In this document: positions 37,701 through 52,700 of the stretch, piece after piece
Position numbering within the stretch: position 1 is the stretch's first letter
How the letters are laid out: the number at the start of each line of letters is the position of its first letter
DNA from: Hydrolagus colliei
Taxonomy: Eukaryota
NCBI GenBank assembly: GCA_035084275.1
Contig: CM068755.1
Coordinates: forward strand, 9,486,001 to 9,550,000
Length of the DNA stretch: 64,000 bases
Direction of reading: 5' to 3'
Notes under the pieces: model-generated
Databases searched by the model: none
What the model saw: only the letters and a program-made list of their open reading frames with translations
What the model was told of the DNA's origin: nothing
Position numbers and translations under genes: made by a program

Positions 37701-40700
37701 GCGGAAATGTGAGGGTTGAAATAAAAGCAAATAATGTTTTCAGAGTAAAACATTTTCAGGGGTCTGTTGGATCCGTTGGAAATGGATCATTCCATTTGAA
37801 ATTAAATGTGCGATGTAATGGGAGAAGCGGTTAGGTGATGGAATCCTCACTTACAGCCACCAAATCTTGGTTAAGCAGCACAATTGGTCTCAGCTTTCGA
37901 GGGTTGGGAGGTGAGAAAATGACAGTCAAGAGTTTATTTTCCTTATTGCTATCTTGTCACCCTCTGCAAGGAATGTCCTTACAGGAACAAGTGAGGCCAG
38001 GTTTGGTAAAGACAAACCCTATGATCAAACGCAGACACTCACTGCCGGTGGCCTCATAAATGAATAATGTCTTGCATGAGATACCAGCTGCCTGTGCAGT
38101 GATACACCAGTAGGAGTCGCTGCCTTCAGGAGATAAAATATAAAGCAAAGGGAGAAAAACTCAAGAGAGGGGGAGAAGTGGAAAAGGGCCTGTGGCTGTA
38201 TTTCAAGTCTACACTTGCAAACCGTAACACAGCAAGTACTCGTTTTCATCCTTTAAAGCTCGACACACAAACAATGAGCAACACCACCAGATGCCTGGGA
38301 GAACAAATCCATTCTTTTGACTGCACTGGAATGTAAAGGACCTGCCATCGTGTAATTACAGTACAACGGCAGGACAAGATCAATTGGTCAAATGGCCAAC
38401 TCCTGCTCTCAGACACCTATAAAACACGGGTAATTTGTTTTACAACAGTTGTTAAATTAGATTCCACCTTAGATTGACTGTACCAGATTTAGGATGATGG
38501 AAGAGAAACTCTTGAGAACATTGAAATACATTACACTGCAGCATCTTTTTTTTAATATAAAATGCAAAGGTCTAAAATGTCACGCTTACTGTTTAAAGTA
38601 AATCTTGACATAAATCAGTTATGTAGCAATCAGTGTATCAACACACTGCTTTGCCAAGGTAAATAGAACTTTGATACTGGCCCTTTTTGCTAACTCACAG
38701 TGCTTACAACTTATCTATAAAATAAACTATTCTGACCACATAAACCCTTGGGGAGTCTTACTTAACAAGCAGAAACTACCTTTGCAGCTTCAACCATTCG
38801 AGCAGTAGAGTCAGCGAGGAGCTTGGCAGCAGCCAGAAGCTTTTTAGAATTTTCCACATCGCTCTCGGCCTCTGCATCAGATCTCATTGCGTTGACCAGA
38901 TCAGACGTTGCTTGGGCCAAGACTCGAGCCTGACGAACCATCTCACCTGTGTGTCCCAAATTGCAATTCACCATAATCACACATTGTAACCGATTATGAT
39001 TAAGCTTACTCCAAGAAACAGGAGTAGGCTAATCAGCTCCTCTAGCCTGTTATTTCTTTTATGAAGATCATGGCTGAACTACACCTCAAGTCCAGTTACC
39101 CGCACTTACTCCATATCCGTTAATACCCCGACTTAACATATATCCATCTACTCATGTTAAATCTCCCCCAAAATGCTAAAGAAGCGATGAAATTCTCAGT
39201 GTGTTGAAAAAAATAAAAAGCTGACTGTCTAAACTTCAAGTAATGCCAGTATTCAGCTTGATCTTCTAGTAGTAATTGTACTCCAGCATATTTTATACCG
39301 TATATCAGCAGTGTTTTTTTTCCCCCAATATATCTCAAGCACAATGTTGAATTAAACCTGGCAATAAATTCCACTTCCTTCCTGGGCAACCATCAGTTCA
39401 CTTTGAACAGATTCTAATAGTGTTAAGAACTAGGCTGGCATCATTCATCTTGAAAACAAACTGCAGCTTTCTCATTTTAAAAACCTGGACGTAATCTGTC
39501 TCTGGAATCCAACTGTTTAACTGGTAACAAAAACACAAAATACTGCAGATGCTGGAAATCTGGAACAAAAACAGAAATCGCTGGGAACAACCAGCAGGTC
39601 ACAGCAGCATCCATGGAGAAAGGAAAAGTGAGTCAACGTTTCAGGTCCACAATCCTTCGTCAGAATTTCTTTTAAATAGTAAATTTACTTATTTAAATTA
39701 AAACTCTATATACCTAATACCATTCTATTCTATTAATTAACGCTACAAGTTGATATAAAGTACACATTGGCTTGGTGTTTGGCTGGTGGACTTCCTCCCC
39801 ACCTCCACGCACAAACTCCCCAAACAATACAAACTTACATTTATATGACACTCTATTGTATAGTGATTCCACTTACCAGCATCACCCATTGAGCTAAATA
39901 TGCTCTCTGTAACTGTCATAATCGTGTCCGTTGCCTGGTCATAACGGCCAATCGGTTCTCCTCTGCTTGCATACCGGCGGACATGCTGCAGGAGATCATT
40001 CAGAGCCTGGCTGACCACACTGGCTGCTGCGCTGACCTGTTTCAGCAGTTCACCATCATCGGTTGCGGCATGGCAAGCTTTGACGCAGCCCTCGACTGAA
40101 CGGTCTACCAGCTTCCCAGCCTCAACGAGTTGCTCTTGGCAAACAGGCGAGCTGATGGTTGGACTGACCACCTATACCACACCAAACAAGACCCCCAACA
40201 ACGTAGAGTTAATCTGAAACTGGAGGAGGGAGCAATATACCCAATACAAATAGACAGGCGCATTCCATCAGACTTTAAGTAATTAAATCACATTTCGAAA
40301 TTAATGGTGACTCATTAATGGTGGCTCATGCAATTTACAGTTAAATTGTAATTTATTCAATTTAATTTTGCAGAACTAATAGACAATGTTACTCATTAAA
40401 AAAAACATGGACATCAACCCAATAGTAATTGATCTTTTTAATGTTGGGAGCTTCAGCCAGGATCATAGAAAACATCAGGAGAGGATGATCAAAGCCTCCA
40501 ATTAAAACACCACCCAAGAGAATCCTTTACAAACAAGCATCCATGGGTACCAAAGGTAAGAAATGAACGTAGATGAGTAATGACTGAAAAAATGTCTTGT
40601 CGAAAAGTTTTGCTTTTAGTAAGACTTCGAATGCTGATGGCAAAAAAAAATATTGCTTTCAGAAGCTTTTGAAGCATTGCTGTGAGCAGGCAGTTACCTT

Positions 40701-43700
40701 GGCACACGCGACCAACTGAGACGTGGAAAGTGCACACTGGGTAGCAGCTGCGATGACATGGTTTTGAAGAACGGAGTCTTCAGCGACTTGAGCAACATTT
40801 TTAGCTTTCAGCACAAGCATAGCAGCAGCATTGGCAACAGCTTTGGCCAAGCTCATCAGGACGTCCTGAAACAAGAGAAATCAAGTTAGCAGCAGGACGG
40901 TTCGTTCCACCACTCCAAACACGAAATGTGGTTCTACACTGTAAAAAGCTTGTTTGTTAACATGGTCTGACCCAGTATTCCATAGAATTCAACAAATATA
41001 ATTCAGTGTTTGTACTTGTGTTTATAGCCTCTATAAAAGTGACCAGTACATCATAAATGCACTACCTGAAATGCACTTTTATTTAAGGAAACAAATGACT
41101 TGGGCTTGCTCTGTTATCTCTTCTTTTCCCTCCGAATTGTTTCTTCTTCCCCATTTGTCCCTTTTCTCTCACCATCAATTCCAAATCCATTTTTTTAATA
41201 TAAGAACACACTACTTCCATCTCGTATCTCACTCTATCCATTTTGCAGGTTGGAACAATGAATAAAAATGAGGATTTCATTGGTTCAAAACAGGCCTTGG
41301 ATGAGCTGGGGGTTGTTTCACAGACCAGTTTCTCATACCTGAAAACGTTCATCAGTTTCACTCTCTCCAATGTGTCGGAGAAGGTCACCACTAGCCTGTC
41401 CAATGCTTCCTGCTGCTGTTAAGACAGTTTGACGAGGCTGCAAATCAAACACACAATATGCGTTTATGACAAAGTATATGTTTTTAGGGGGGAAAAAAGC
41501 CACACTCAGTAAATATCCCATCCATTATATGGCATAGAGCAATATTCCTCCTCCCACCGTTTGTCTCAAATACAGAAGCAGTGGTGGGATGATGACAAAG
41601 CAATGCCCTGAAATTCAAAGCCAATCTTCCCACTGTGATTGCTGTTTGGTAACTATGTATGTAGACACACTTGGGCTCAACATTGATGTCCATTACAATT
41701 AAACATACCACTTACATTCACTCTGTAGGTATACACTTAAAGAACGGCCACTTGGGCAGAACAGGAAGCAATGCTGTTGTGGTTTCAACATATCAGATTT
41801 ATGATTTTGCTGGTAATTCGGAGAGTGTGCAAAGCGAATAAAACGTTGTATCGTGAAACATTTACCCAATTTTACTTCATAACATTCAGCACTAAAAACT
41901 GACAGAATCAGGGTGCCAATATTAATGTGATGGAAAACACAAGGGTAAATTTAGCAAATAGGTAAAGATGATATCTGCCCCCAGTGTATTTTTATTCCTG
42001 GCTCACCTCTCCCGATGATGGCTCCACAGCTTTCAAAAGATCAGACACAGCGCCAGCTAACGTTCTGGCAGCACGCATAAGGTCCTGACCACTTCCAACA
42101 TCATCATCCATTAATGCAGCCAGCATTTTCACTCCCTTCGACATTTCAGTTAAGTTGGAGGAAATGGTTGTAATTGCGCACCCAACTGCAGTGTAGTCTG
42201 TGTCAGCTGGATCACCTGGAGTCATAACAAAACGCGACATTTCAGTTTTTACACTGTGCTTGTCACGTACCTTTGTTAAGACTCATGCAATTGGATGTTT
42301 CTTCTCTCTTCCTCTTCGGGGACAGTAGTATTTCACTTGGTGAAAAATCAAATCAAATACTGCACAACTCATTTCTTCAGGTTCGAGGCTGTAATAAAAG
42401 TCATCTGCGCAGCCAGTTCCTAAAACATTTTGACAATATATATTTTGAGCAACTATTCCCAGTTCATCCACTCCTCCCTACATAGGAAATAACAATGCAG
42501 TGCCCTACATGTAATATGCGTGGAAATCTGGGGGCAATACAGATCGTAGATGTTTTATTATTGTAGGGAAATTAATTTGAGACTGAGCTTTTGAATGAAT
42601 CTCTGATGTGGATTTTTAGATAAATATGACTGTATGAAGTGAAAGCATGAAAAAGCTTGGCAGCTGCATGGGATTATTCAGAATATGTGTCAATTGCACT
42701 GTACTCATTTGAGAAGCCATAGATGAAATTGCATTATCGCAGGAAGATCAGGTTTTCCAAACCCACCCAGTTTGAGTTCTATATAAGCCTATCTCAGCTG
42801 GTAGTACTATACCTCTGAGTCAGAACGTATAAAAATAATCCTTGCATTTGATATCACACCTTATCATGCTTTCAAGATGTCTCAACGTGCTTCACAAAAT
42901 AGACTGTACAGTGAATTAACTGTATATATTGTGGGCGAAACCTTTGTAGGTTGAAGCCCAACTTTGTGTCTAGGCTGATGTTTCAAATCAGTGTTGGGGG
43001 TGTGCTGCATTGGAGGTGCCATCCTTCAGATGAGTTGTTATAGGTACCCTATGCTTTTTCAGATGGACAATAAGGATGGATTTCACAACACTGTTCGAAA
43101 AGAGAAAGAAATTTCTCCTGGTTTCCTGTCTAACAATCGGCCCTAATAAAATTTGTCATGCACTTCATGGTTGTTTGTGAGACATTAGTGTGTACCAATT
43201 GGCTGTAGAGTTCACCTACAATATACACATTCATTGCATTTTACCGTAATTATGTGAAGCACTTTGAGTCATGGTCATGATGTGAAAAGCACTATATCTA
43301 ATGCATTAGTGCAAGGATTATTATTTGCAATGTTCACTTGGTTTGGGCCTCGGAGATTTACAGTTATAAATATAAGATTGAAACTACCTTTGGACAATGA
43401 TTTTGGATCTCCAGGCCTATTGATTGAATATGCATGGGATGGAGACAGAATGGAGACACACCAATTGAAGTCTGCGGCTATGTCTCCATTTCATTTACTA
43501 CTCAAATAAGGTCACATTTACTCAACTTCTTCTGGCACACAGTAATTTGAAATGAAGCCAAAATGGAATAAATGAAGTAACAATTCTGTATTTGACAATG
43601 TGCAAGTGCTATTTGTAAAGTAAATATTTAAGAATGCAGATTGCTGCTTGGAAACGTATTCAATGTTTCTGCTGGATCAGCAGAAAAGGTAGTGAATAAG

Positions 43701-46700
43701 GGAGTAAATCTAATTCACACTGACTCTTTATTTCAAACAATTATTTTGAAAATAGTTCAGAAAAAAAAATCATGCTCAAATTACAAGTCCATTATAACAT
43801 GTTTCGTTATAATGCAATATGCTGATACCATGATTTGAGTGTGGACCCCGACATGCGAGCAGAAAAGCTGTCTACTCGCTTCAAATTGTGTTGTCTCGCT
43901 TCAAAAAGCCAGCTGGCTTTCCATCCATCTGCGCAGTGAATTCAGAAGGTCTCACCAGCAATTGGGCCCAGTTATGAGTGGGGTTAGGATTGTATGGACG
44001 CCAACTACCATTTGAAAATGGGATTCAACTGTGTTCTGGAAACATTTGACTCATCAGAATCTCATTAAGTGATGTATTTTCTTCCAACTCACCAGCTGTG
44101 AGATTGACAACAGATGCAGTCCCTGCAGTGATTGCATCGACCTGTGAGTGAATCTCATGTTTCGACTCATCAACTTTGTTTTGAACCCACACCTTAGATG
44201 CCTAAGAAAAATAGAGTACATAACAAACAGTTATGTAGTTACAGTTCAGTAGAGCAATACATAGTGATAACTGTCTACGAGAAAATTATGTGAGTTGGTG
44301 TAATGTTCAAATAACATTTTCCTCAAGCATTGGTCATTCTGAGAAGTTTACAAATTTTCAATTAAAAAACGTTTAGATTCATGATCTATACTTTAGATCA
44401 TGTTCTTATTTCTGACCTTTATTCAATAATACTTGTGCAACACGTAGGATGGAAAATTAACCTAATTAACCAAATCCAAGTGGACTCACCAGGTCGCGTC
44501 CCAGGGGAGGTAAATCATCAACTTTAGTTAGGTCGGACTGGGCTTGCTGTACTGCGTGCATACTGGAATTAATGGTCCCCATTAAAGCTTGCTGTGCAGA
44601 GGTCTGTTACACAGGGCAGATTGACAGGACAGGTTCAAATGAAAGCAATATCACTTTTTCATATGAAAGTAAAAATGCATTTTCATCACTTTAAATCCCG
44701 GAATCACTGAACAATTAAAGGCATATCAATCACTTTTGTTTTAAAAATGTGAAAAAAATCCAAATCCAGCAAGCAAAGAAAACATATAGGATTTCTACAA
44801 TATCTTGCCATACGCATATTTGGCATTTAGGCCCATTTTCAAAACATTAATTAATAGCTGGTTAACAACTAAATTAGACATTTTCAAAAATCAATGGTAT
44901 TAACCACTGCAAATATCCTTCCGTTAGTTAGAATTCCTCACCAGTGGAGGCATGTGACCTCTGTGCATTTGTCCACTGAGGATCTGTTGCTGAGGAGCGG
45001 GCATTGTTCCCATGTTAAAAATCTCTGGTCCACCTGCTCCGGGACGCATTACTGCTGGCAATGCAACAGAGGCATGCTCCACCTTCCCAGTCTTATTAAA
45101 CTGTTGCTGCAAAATTGTCGATCTGAGACAGGGAAGAAGTTATTAGTGTACCTATTGAGAAAGAGCTTAAAAAATGTGAGAGCTACCACCAGTGAATCAT
45201 GTTTTTCACCCCCAATATATGTCTTTATGAGTGAAGGCACTGCACTTTTCATGTCTTCTAGTGAATTCTAGTATATTTGTGAGGAAATATTTGCTGAATA
45301 AAGTTTTGTTTCATAAAGCTTTATACTGTACTAAATGACCCCAGTGTGCTTTTCAGACTTTTCTATTTAGGAGGTTAGCATTCAATAATAATAACAAACC
45401 ATGGAGTGATTAATTTTATTTGGGGGATTTCTGGCCCAAACCCTGGGAGAAACTCCCTTCTCTTTTTGAATAATGCCATTTCAGAATCAATTAGGTTTTT
45501 GGCATGGAACGATAGGTTTTAAGTACATTGCTGGGCACCAGATCAATAAAACAATTTTTTAAGTCACTTACATTCAAACTATGGATTACTTTATACACAT
45601 GAGCATCCATAAGATAACAGACATGCAAATGGACCCATATAGTATTTTCAATTCTCCAGATCCACCAACTTTTTGACTGTATACGAAATTATTGGACAAC
45701 TTCAAGAGAATTAAACAAAGTTAATGTGCAACCAGATACATCATTGGTATAGCTGTATTGAGCAACTTAATGCAGTATTTTAAATTGTGTTACTTTTTTG
45801 GAGAAACGGATTCTTCCAACATTGTTGATTCTTCATCTCCTTCGAGGCCAAATCGGTCTTTACTTTGTTTCTGCAAAAAGGTGAAAGGGTTTGCTAACAT
45901 TACAAAAAATAAGAAACCCTGAGCAGGATGAGAACCATATTCTGCGGGGGTATTAACATGCTTACAGTTACTCTTGATCAATAGAAGAACTATTTTTAAA
46001 TTTCAAATAAAGTTTGAAGTGAAATATAATAACAATAATCCTTGCATTTGATGTAGTGCCTTATCACTTCTCTGAGATATCTCAATGCACTTCACAGAAT
46101 ACACTGCAAAGTGAATTGACTGCATATTTTGGGCTGAAACATAGCAGCCAAATGCACAGCGCAGCATCCCACAAACAGTCATGGATTGAGTGATCCAATT
46201 ATATATATATATATTTTTAGGAATTGTTACCCCTCAGAAAAGTGATCCGACAATCAATTAACAACTCTGGTCCTACTTACTTTCAGGTAAACTGAGGCAT
46301 GTGTGTGGAGTAAAGAAACTTGCCCAATGTTTCGCCCTACCCGGGAATCGAACCCACGTCTCTCGCTTGTGAGGCGAGCGCTCTAATCACTGAGCTACAA
46401 GACTCCACTCCAATAAATGAAAGAAGGGGAATAACAAGCGATTTTCAGAACAATTCAGAGTACAAGATCTGCTAGAAATGTTCAGTTGAAATGTACAGTT
46501 TATTAAACAACTGTGCAATGGGGTTTGAAGAAATGTTGAAATGCCTCCAAAACACCCATAGAAGGGTAAAGTAACAGTAAACTAAGTAAAGCAATTCAGA
46601 TAAAATAACTTTTTATAGTAAATTTCTGTAACTTTATTCAGTAATAATAATGTTGAAGGCATTTTCATCAAAATTAAGTTTAAATTAACTGAGCTCACGG

Positions 46701-49700
46701 TTTCCTTTCATTGTATTCGTAAAAGTTTTCAACACTTTAAAAAAAAAGGTTTTAAAAACGTAACATGCACAATCCCGCTTAGATCATTCATTACCTATTC
46801 GTTAACATTTAGGTCGGGGGAAACAGCCCAGAGTGTCACCAAGGCCAGTCACCAAGATTAGTCAACCAAATGTTGGGGGAGGTGAATCCATCACATATGT
46901 AAATAATGGGGAATGAATTGCAGTCAACTTACTTTTGTCTGTCAAATTCTACTCTGTCTTGACAGACAACATGAATTTTGATGTTGTTGTTCACACAAGT
47001 CAAGTTGCTCATAAAACTTAACACTCACCTTCTTCAGGATAATATCAATATAGCCAGCAATTAGCTGTGAGATTTGTTCGCCCTCAGTTGTCTGAACTGA
47101 ATAGTAGCTTTCCTGATACTCTCCAAAATCCTATGCAAATAAAGGAAGGTACATTGTTTAGACCTCACAGATCAGAAAGTATTTATTCACATTGTGGGTT
47201 GTGAGAATGCAGAATGTGTTGCCCCAGATGGCTGCAGAGCCAGAATCAATTTTAACATTTAAAAGAAACAGATAGCATATCAAGGGAAAGAAGAAAAGTA
47301 TTTGCTCCCAGCAAACATTGCAAAGGCTGCCAATAAATCCCTTTGTGAGGAGATTGTTTCCCTTGAAGCAGCACCTCCCACTGAAGACCAGATTTGAAGA
47401 GTGAAAATATTGCCAACTCCATCACTGAATGGAACACCCAAAGAGACCTCACAGAATCACGCAGTTCAATTATAAACCATCAAACGATTCCAGGCAATAA
47501 GTAGTACTAATAATAATAGTAATCCATCAGTTTGGTACACTGCCTTGTCACGTCTTTGAGATGTCTCAAGGCACTTCACAGAATATATATTATAAGTGAC
47601 TGTATATTTCGTGGGCGAAATGCAGCAGCCAATTGTGTCACACAACAGTCGTGGATTGAATTGACCAATTTATTGTTATGATTTTTAAAATTGAATTATT
47701 ACCTCCAGAAAAGTGATCCGCCAATCGATTAACAACCGGGTTTACACTTACTGCTAAGTGAACAGAGGTGTGTGGAGTTAGGAAACTTGCCTAACGTTCC
47801 ACCTAGTATCTTACCAGAGTGAAGCTTTTCGGAGAAGCTGCCCAACGTTTGACTGTTGTCAGAGGCCATTCCTGTATCACGTCTTTTGTCTTTTCATCCA
47901 CACGCAATACTGAATCTTTAGTTATACCCAAAAGTCGAGGAACCAATTTGTTCTTGCCCTTCATTTTTTCCTAACAGTAAATATACAACAAAATTAGAGA
48001 ATACCACTTTAACATAACACGGCTGTAGAGAGCTCTCATTAGTCTGCATGTGAAGCGCTGTGTACAAAGCTAACTGTCATGAAACAAGAACATGGGAATT
48101 TAAGAGGCAAATAATTATTAAATAATGAAGCTGTTGGGAGGATGAGCTGTGAGGAACAACACCAGGTTAAGTTTCTGCAATTTCAAAAGAAGTATGCGAG
48201 AGGGAACCTTTCACGTAGGATATAAAATGTGGACAGAAAACAAAATAAAAATCCTTGCATTTGATGCAGTGCTTTCACGTTGGGAGAACGTCTCAAAACG
48301 CTTCACAGGATCCACTGTAAAGTGGAGTGACTGTATTTGTAGGCATAGGCAAACATAGTAGGCAGCTTGCACATAGCAAAATCCCATCATAGAAGACAAT
48401 GCTTTCAGAAATGACAAGGCAGCAGGACAAGGGTCACAGGATCAGGGTTGTGAGGGGGTAAATTTATAGGTAAACACCAGAAAGCATTTCTTTGAACAGA
48501 TGGTATTCAAAAGCTGGAATGATTATTGCAAAGGTTGATGTCAGGACACTGGACACAGCTTGATGCTATTTCAGATGTTAAAGTTTGCATTCTGGAAGGT
48601 TGAGATCAAATGCGCTAAAGGGTCATCTTCAATTCAATCTTGTGAAAAGTTCTAAGAGAAGTGGAGATATAATATTACTCGCGCAATGAAACATTTTCTT
48701 ACCTTGACCAGAAAGAATGATACACCATAGGTTCGGAGAGAGCGTGCCAATTTCACGTATTTGACTTTTGCTTCGATCTCTGTCATTTCGCCACAGTTCT
48801 TGTGCTCCTAATGCAAGATTTCCATCATATTAAAAACAGCCCAGGTCTTGTATTTATAGACACTAGAATTTGCTTAATGTGAAGGTACCTTTAATTACCT
48901 GAAATACCCTCTTTTCAGCTCCTCTCTGCTTAATGTACTCCTTGGGCAAGAACTCTTTAAGACTAGATAATCGTATCAAACAAATGCTTAATGTTAGTGT
49001 CACATAATAATAATCCTTGCATTTAATATAGCACTTTTTACATCTTCTAGATGTCTCAAAGCGCTTCACAGAATATACAGTAAAGTGAATTGGCTGTATT
49101 TGTGTGGGCAAAACGTGACAACAACAAAATTACACTTGTATAGCGGTTTTCACGGCAGGAGGATGTCCCAAGTCGCTGGGCAATCATTGTTTCAGACCCG
49201 AGCTGGGGACAGGGGGGTGGAGGGAAGGAGGGGGATTTGGAGTAGCCGATGGGACCATTGATTGAAGTGACCAATTTATTATTGGTTTTTCCCCCCTCAA
49301 GAAAACCTATGTAATTACCTGAAAAATCATTAGATTAAAAGTGGAACTTACTCCAAAAATCCAGGTTTGTGCTTGTGTTCAACATGCGGTCCAAACTGGA
49401 TTTGTGCCTGAATTCCACCAAACTCGCAGGCTTTTTCAAAGGAAACTGGATGGGATCCATTGAGAATATCATCCCTGGCCTAAGAAAAAAGAATTGCAAA
49501 GGAAACTGTTCCCAGTGGCTGAATTTTTAAAATCACTTTAATTCATAGCTTGCTTAGTAACAATAAGAAAAGTGCACATATGTTTGGCCTTTGGGACATC
49601 ATTATCAGCCCTGATCAGAGATGCCTGGTGAGAGATGAAAATGTGGATGTCAAGTGAGGACAGGATGCAGCTTGACATCAATGCCCACTTGGACTAATTG

Positions 49701-52700
49701 CTTGCTGAACATTTGTTGTTTGGCTCACACATGAACAACAGCCTGTCGGGTTTGACGTTGGAGGCGGCCTACAGCTCACACATTTACAGTGAAACAACAT
49801 CCTATCAGGTTCGAAATAGAACATTGAGGAAAGAGATAGGGATTGTTTGTACCTGTACGTAGAGCAGATTCAGCTGAACTGGATCTCTGGAGTCCACGTT
49901 TTGATCAGAGTAAAAAAATTTCCGTCTTAAAAGCAGAGTTTCATTTTCGTCAACCCCCTGTTCTCTGAAAGTTCGACTATGATCCAACCAGTTCACTGTC
50001 AGAGACACAAAGAACATAATGGCCAACATTGCACATGTTGCTTCATAAACACTTCTGTCTTTATTTTCTTGCAGAAGCCATTTAATGAGAGCCTACCTCA
50101 GATATTTGAGTCAGGGTTGTGAACGTCAACCTGCTGTTATTAAGAGGGATTTTTTTAACAGTTCAGCAAAAGAATGTTTAATATAAGATGATCATTATAG
50201 CTATTTTTAACATATGCATAAGGAAAATACACAAATAGTGGTAAAAAAAAAGTTTTAGTCCCATAAACATACGTTTTTGTCATGTAGATGTATATATCTA
50301 CAACCTCCTTGTGGATGAAGAAAGCTTTCAATTAAGCATGGGTTCTGTGCACCAAAGGCACAGCTGCATACTCCCTATATTATAGTGATCGAGAATGGAA
50401 GTGGACAAGAAAACGACACCACTTCCTGCACAACATAGCGATTAGCACGTAAACGTTTGCCTGGAATTTGTTTCTAGAAACCAGAGAGACTACTGCTGGC
50501 TTTTCCAATTTAAGTATAAAATGCAGCCATGGGTTCTCTTCGCATATAGAAGTATACATGTGTAACTATATATGTTGAAAAGGATACTCAGAAAACTCTG
50601 ATCAATTTGCAAAGATACTTTTTTTTGTCAAAATGAGTTCTATAGGAATTTAAGGCATTAGTCTTCTACTTCTAATTTCCAGGATTGAGATTCATCCCTG
50701 TCCATCCTAAATTCTCTAATTTATTACTATTATTATTTGCCATGGTGAAATTCAGTGGCATTTATTCCAAATCAGTTTCTGAATGTGTTTTGGTCAACAA
50801 GCATCTTACAGTCATCATCAGTGTGAAGTTTTGCTTTCAATTTTTCCATTTTCTTTTCGTCTCTCAAAAGCGTTCTGTCCTTTTTCAATGTAGCGGTGCC
50901 ATCTTCTTTTTTCTCGTCAGTGGTTTCTTGAATTAAAGAATATTCTTCATAATTGGTGATACCTGAAATTTAAAATGTTAGCTATCATTAATTCACATTC
51001 ACTTATTAGGTTTAAAACGGAAAACCAAAGTTCCAACATTTCCTCCTGCCTCTTAATTATCACCAGTTTCAGTTCAAGCTTGGGTAGATTACATACAGTG
51101 CAGATGTACACAAAAATCCCACAAAATTTGAAGTGCAATAGAAACTTCTTCCAAAAAAATAAAATTTCAGCTGAGCACCATTGGAAAGTCAACTTTTTCC
51201 ATGGAAAGATAATATCTTGTATGATCAGCTCATCGAATCTAGATTTGATAAATGCTATATCTGATAGTGTTTTATCTTTTCTAGAAAAACAAGTTCCAGC
51301 TTATGCATAAAACAGTCATTGAATGTTACTTTTTTTTAAAAAAGTCATCATTGCCCAAGTTAAAAAAAAACCTCAGCATTTTTTTTAACCTGAGATTTTA
51401 GTCAATACATACCTATCCTACTACATATAGTAACTAGTAGTTCCCCAACAGTTTTGGAGTCATCCACCATTATAGTTTTTACTGCACCATCCAGCATTCG
51501 CACTTTCTGTGGTCTTTGTTTCTTCTTGTACTCCAATATATCCTAAACAGAAAGAATAGACATGGAATGAGTAAGGCCCCCTGTCCAACAATATTTAAAG
51601 CCTCCATAATGATCCAATCTATTTCCTGTGACATTGCTACTTGCCTAAAACAGCCCATTATTTATATCCTCTATTATATATATAAATATAGATATATATA
51701 AAATTGCGCACAGAGGTGTCTCACAAACAGTTGTGGATTGAAATGACCAATTTATTATTTTATTTTGGGGGGGGGATTATTATTAGGCGTGTGGAGTAAG
51801 AAAACTAGCCCAAGGCTTCACCCTGCCTGGAATTGAACCTAGGTCTCTCGCTGCTCTAATCACTGAGCTGCAGGACTCCGCATCCACTAATAACCACTAT
51901 ATGTCCAGATTGTTCTTTCAGCACTCTAAGATGCTACCCATGAGTGAAGGCGCTATGGAAATGCAAGTTGTTGTTGTAAATTAAATGAATATCTAACACT
52001 ATCTGTGTTTCATCACAGCTTATCTCCTCGTATTATGCATTATCTGCACAGGAACCATCCCCCAATCTGCAAACTCAATTTCCTATTGTACACATTATAG
52101 TCACTCATTAACATTAATTATACAATCACCCTTTTTATGCCCCTGATAACACTGTAGACAAATAATTTACAATTGCCTTGTGTAACTATGTGCCTTCATA
52201 ACTACTTACATCTTCATAAATAAAACTCAGAGCTTCAGGTGCAAAGTATTTTATCACATGGAACTGAAACTCAGTGATTTTAATTATCCAATGCTGCCTT
52301 TAAATGCTAAAGAAATTGAATATACCCCATTTCGAAGCATATAATAATCCATTGTGCGCCCAGACTCCAGCCAAATTCCTTTTCTTGGATCTTCATCCGA
52401 TAGAAATAAACCATAGTCGGATGCTAGAAAAATAGAAAACCCATATTCAACATGTTTGTAATGTCTCTAAAATTGGTGACATTGAAAATCCTAACTAAAC
52501 ACACACTGTGACAAACTACAACATCATTGTACTGTTGAACATGATCATCATCTAGGTTAATGTTCTCACCATATTCAATAAAATGTGTCTCAGTTTTATT
52601 GTATTTGAGCAGCGATAGAATGTTTGCCCTTTATCCAGCAATGTCAATCTGCCTTAGCTAAAATTGAAATTAATAGCATCGGCAATCTATTTCCAGTCAC

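Noticed and set aside
40866-41338. Cassette exon analogous to the alternative exon known at the corresponding position of TLN1
   Set aside because: I found no stop-free AG-GT unit with credible splice sites.
45123-45154. Alternative upstream acceptor for exon 12
   Set aside because: It would add 29 nt (a frameshift) and overlaps the likely branch point of the real acceptor.
46330-46406. tRNA genes (tRNA-Val/Ala-like heads here and at about 1950, 2349, 7905, 9880, 23880, 34493 and 51810)
   Set aside because: Each continues directly into the SINE body, lacks a proper acceptor stem and is degenerate, so these are SINE heads.
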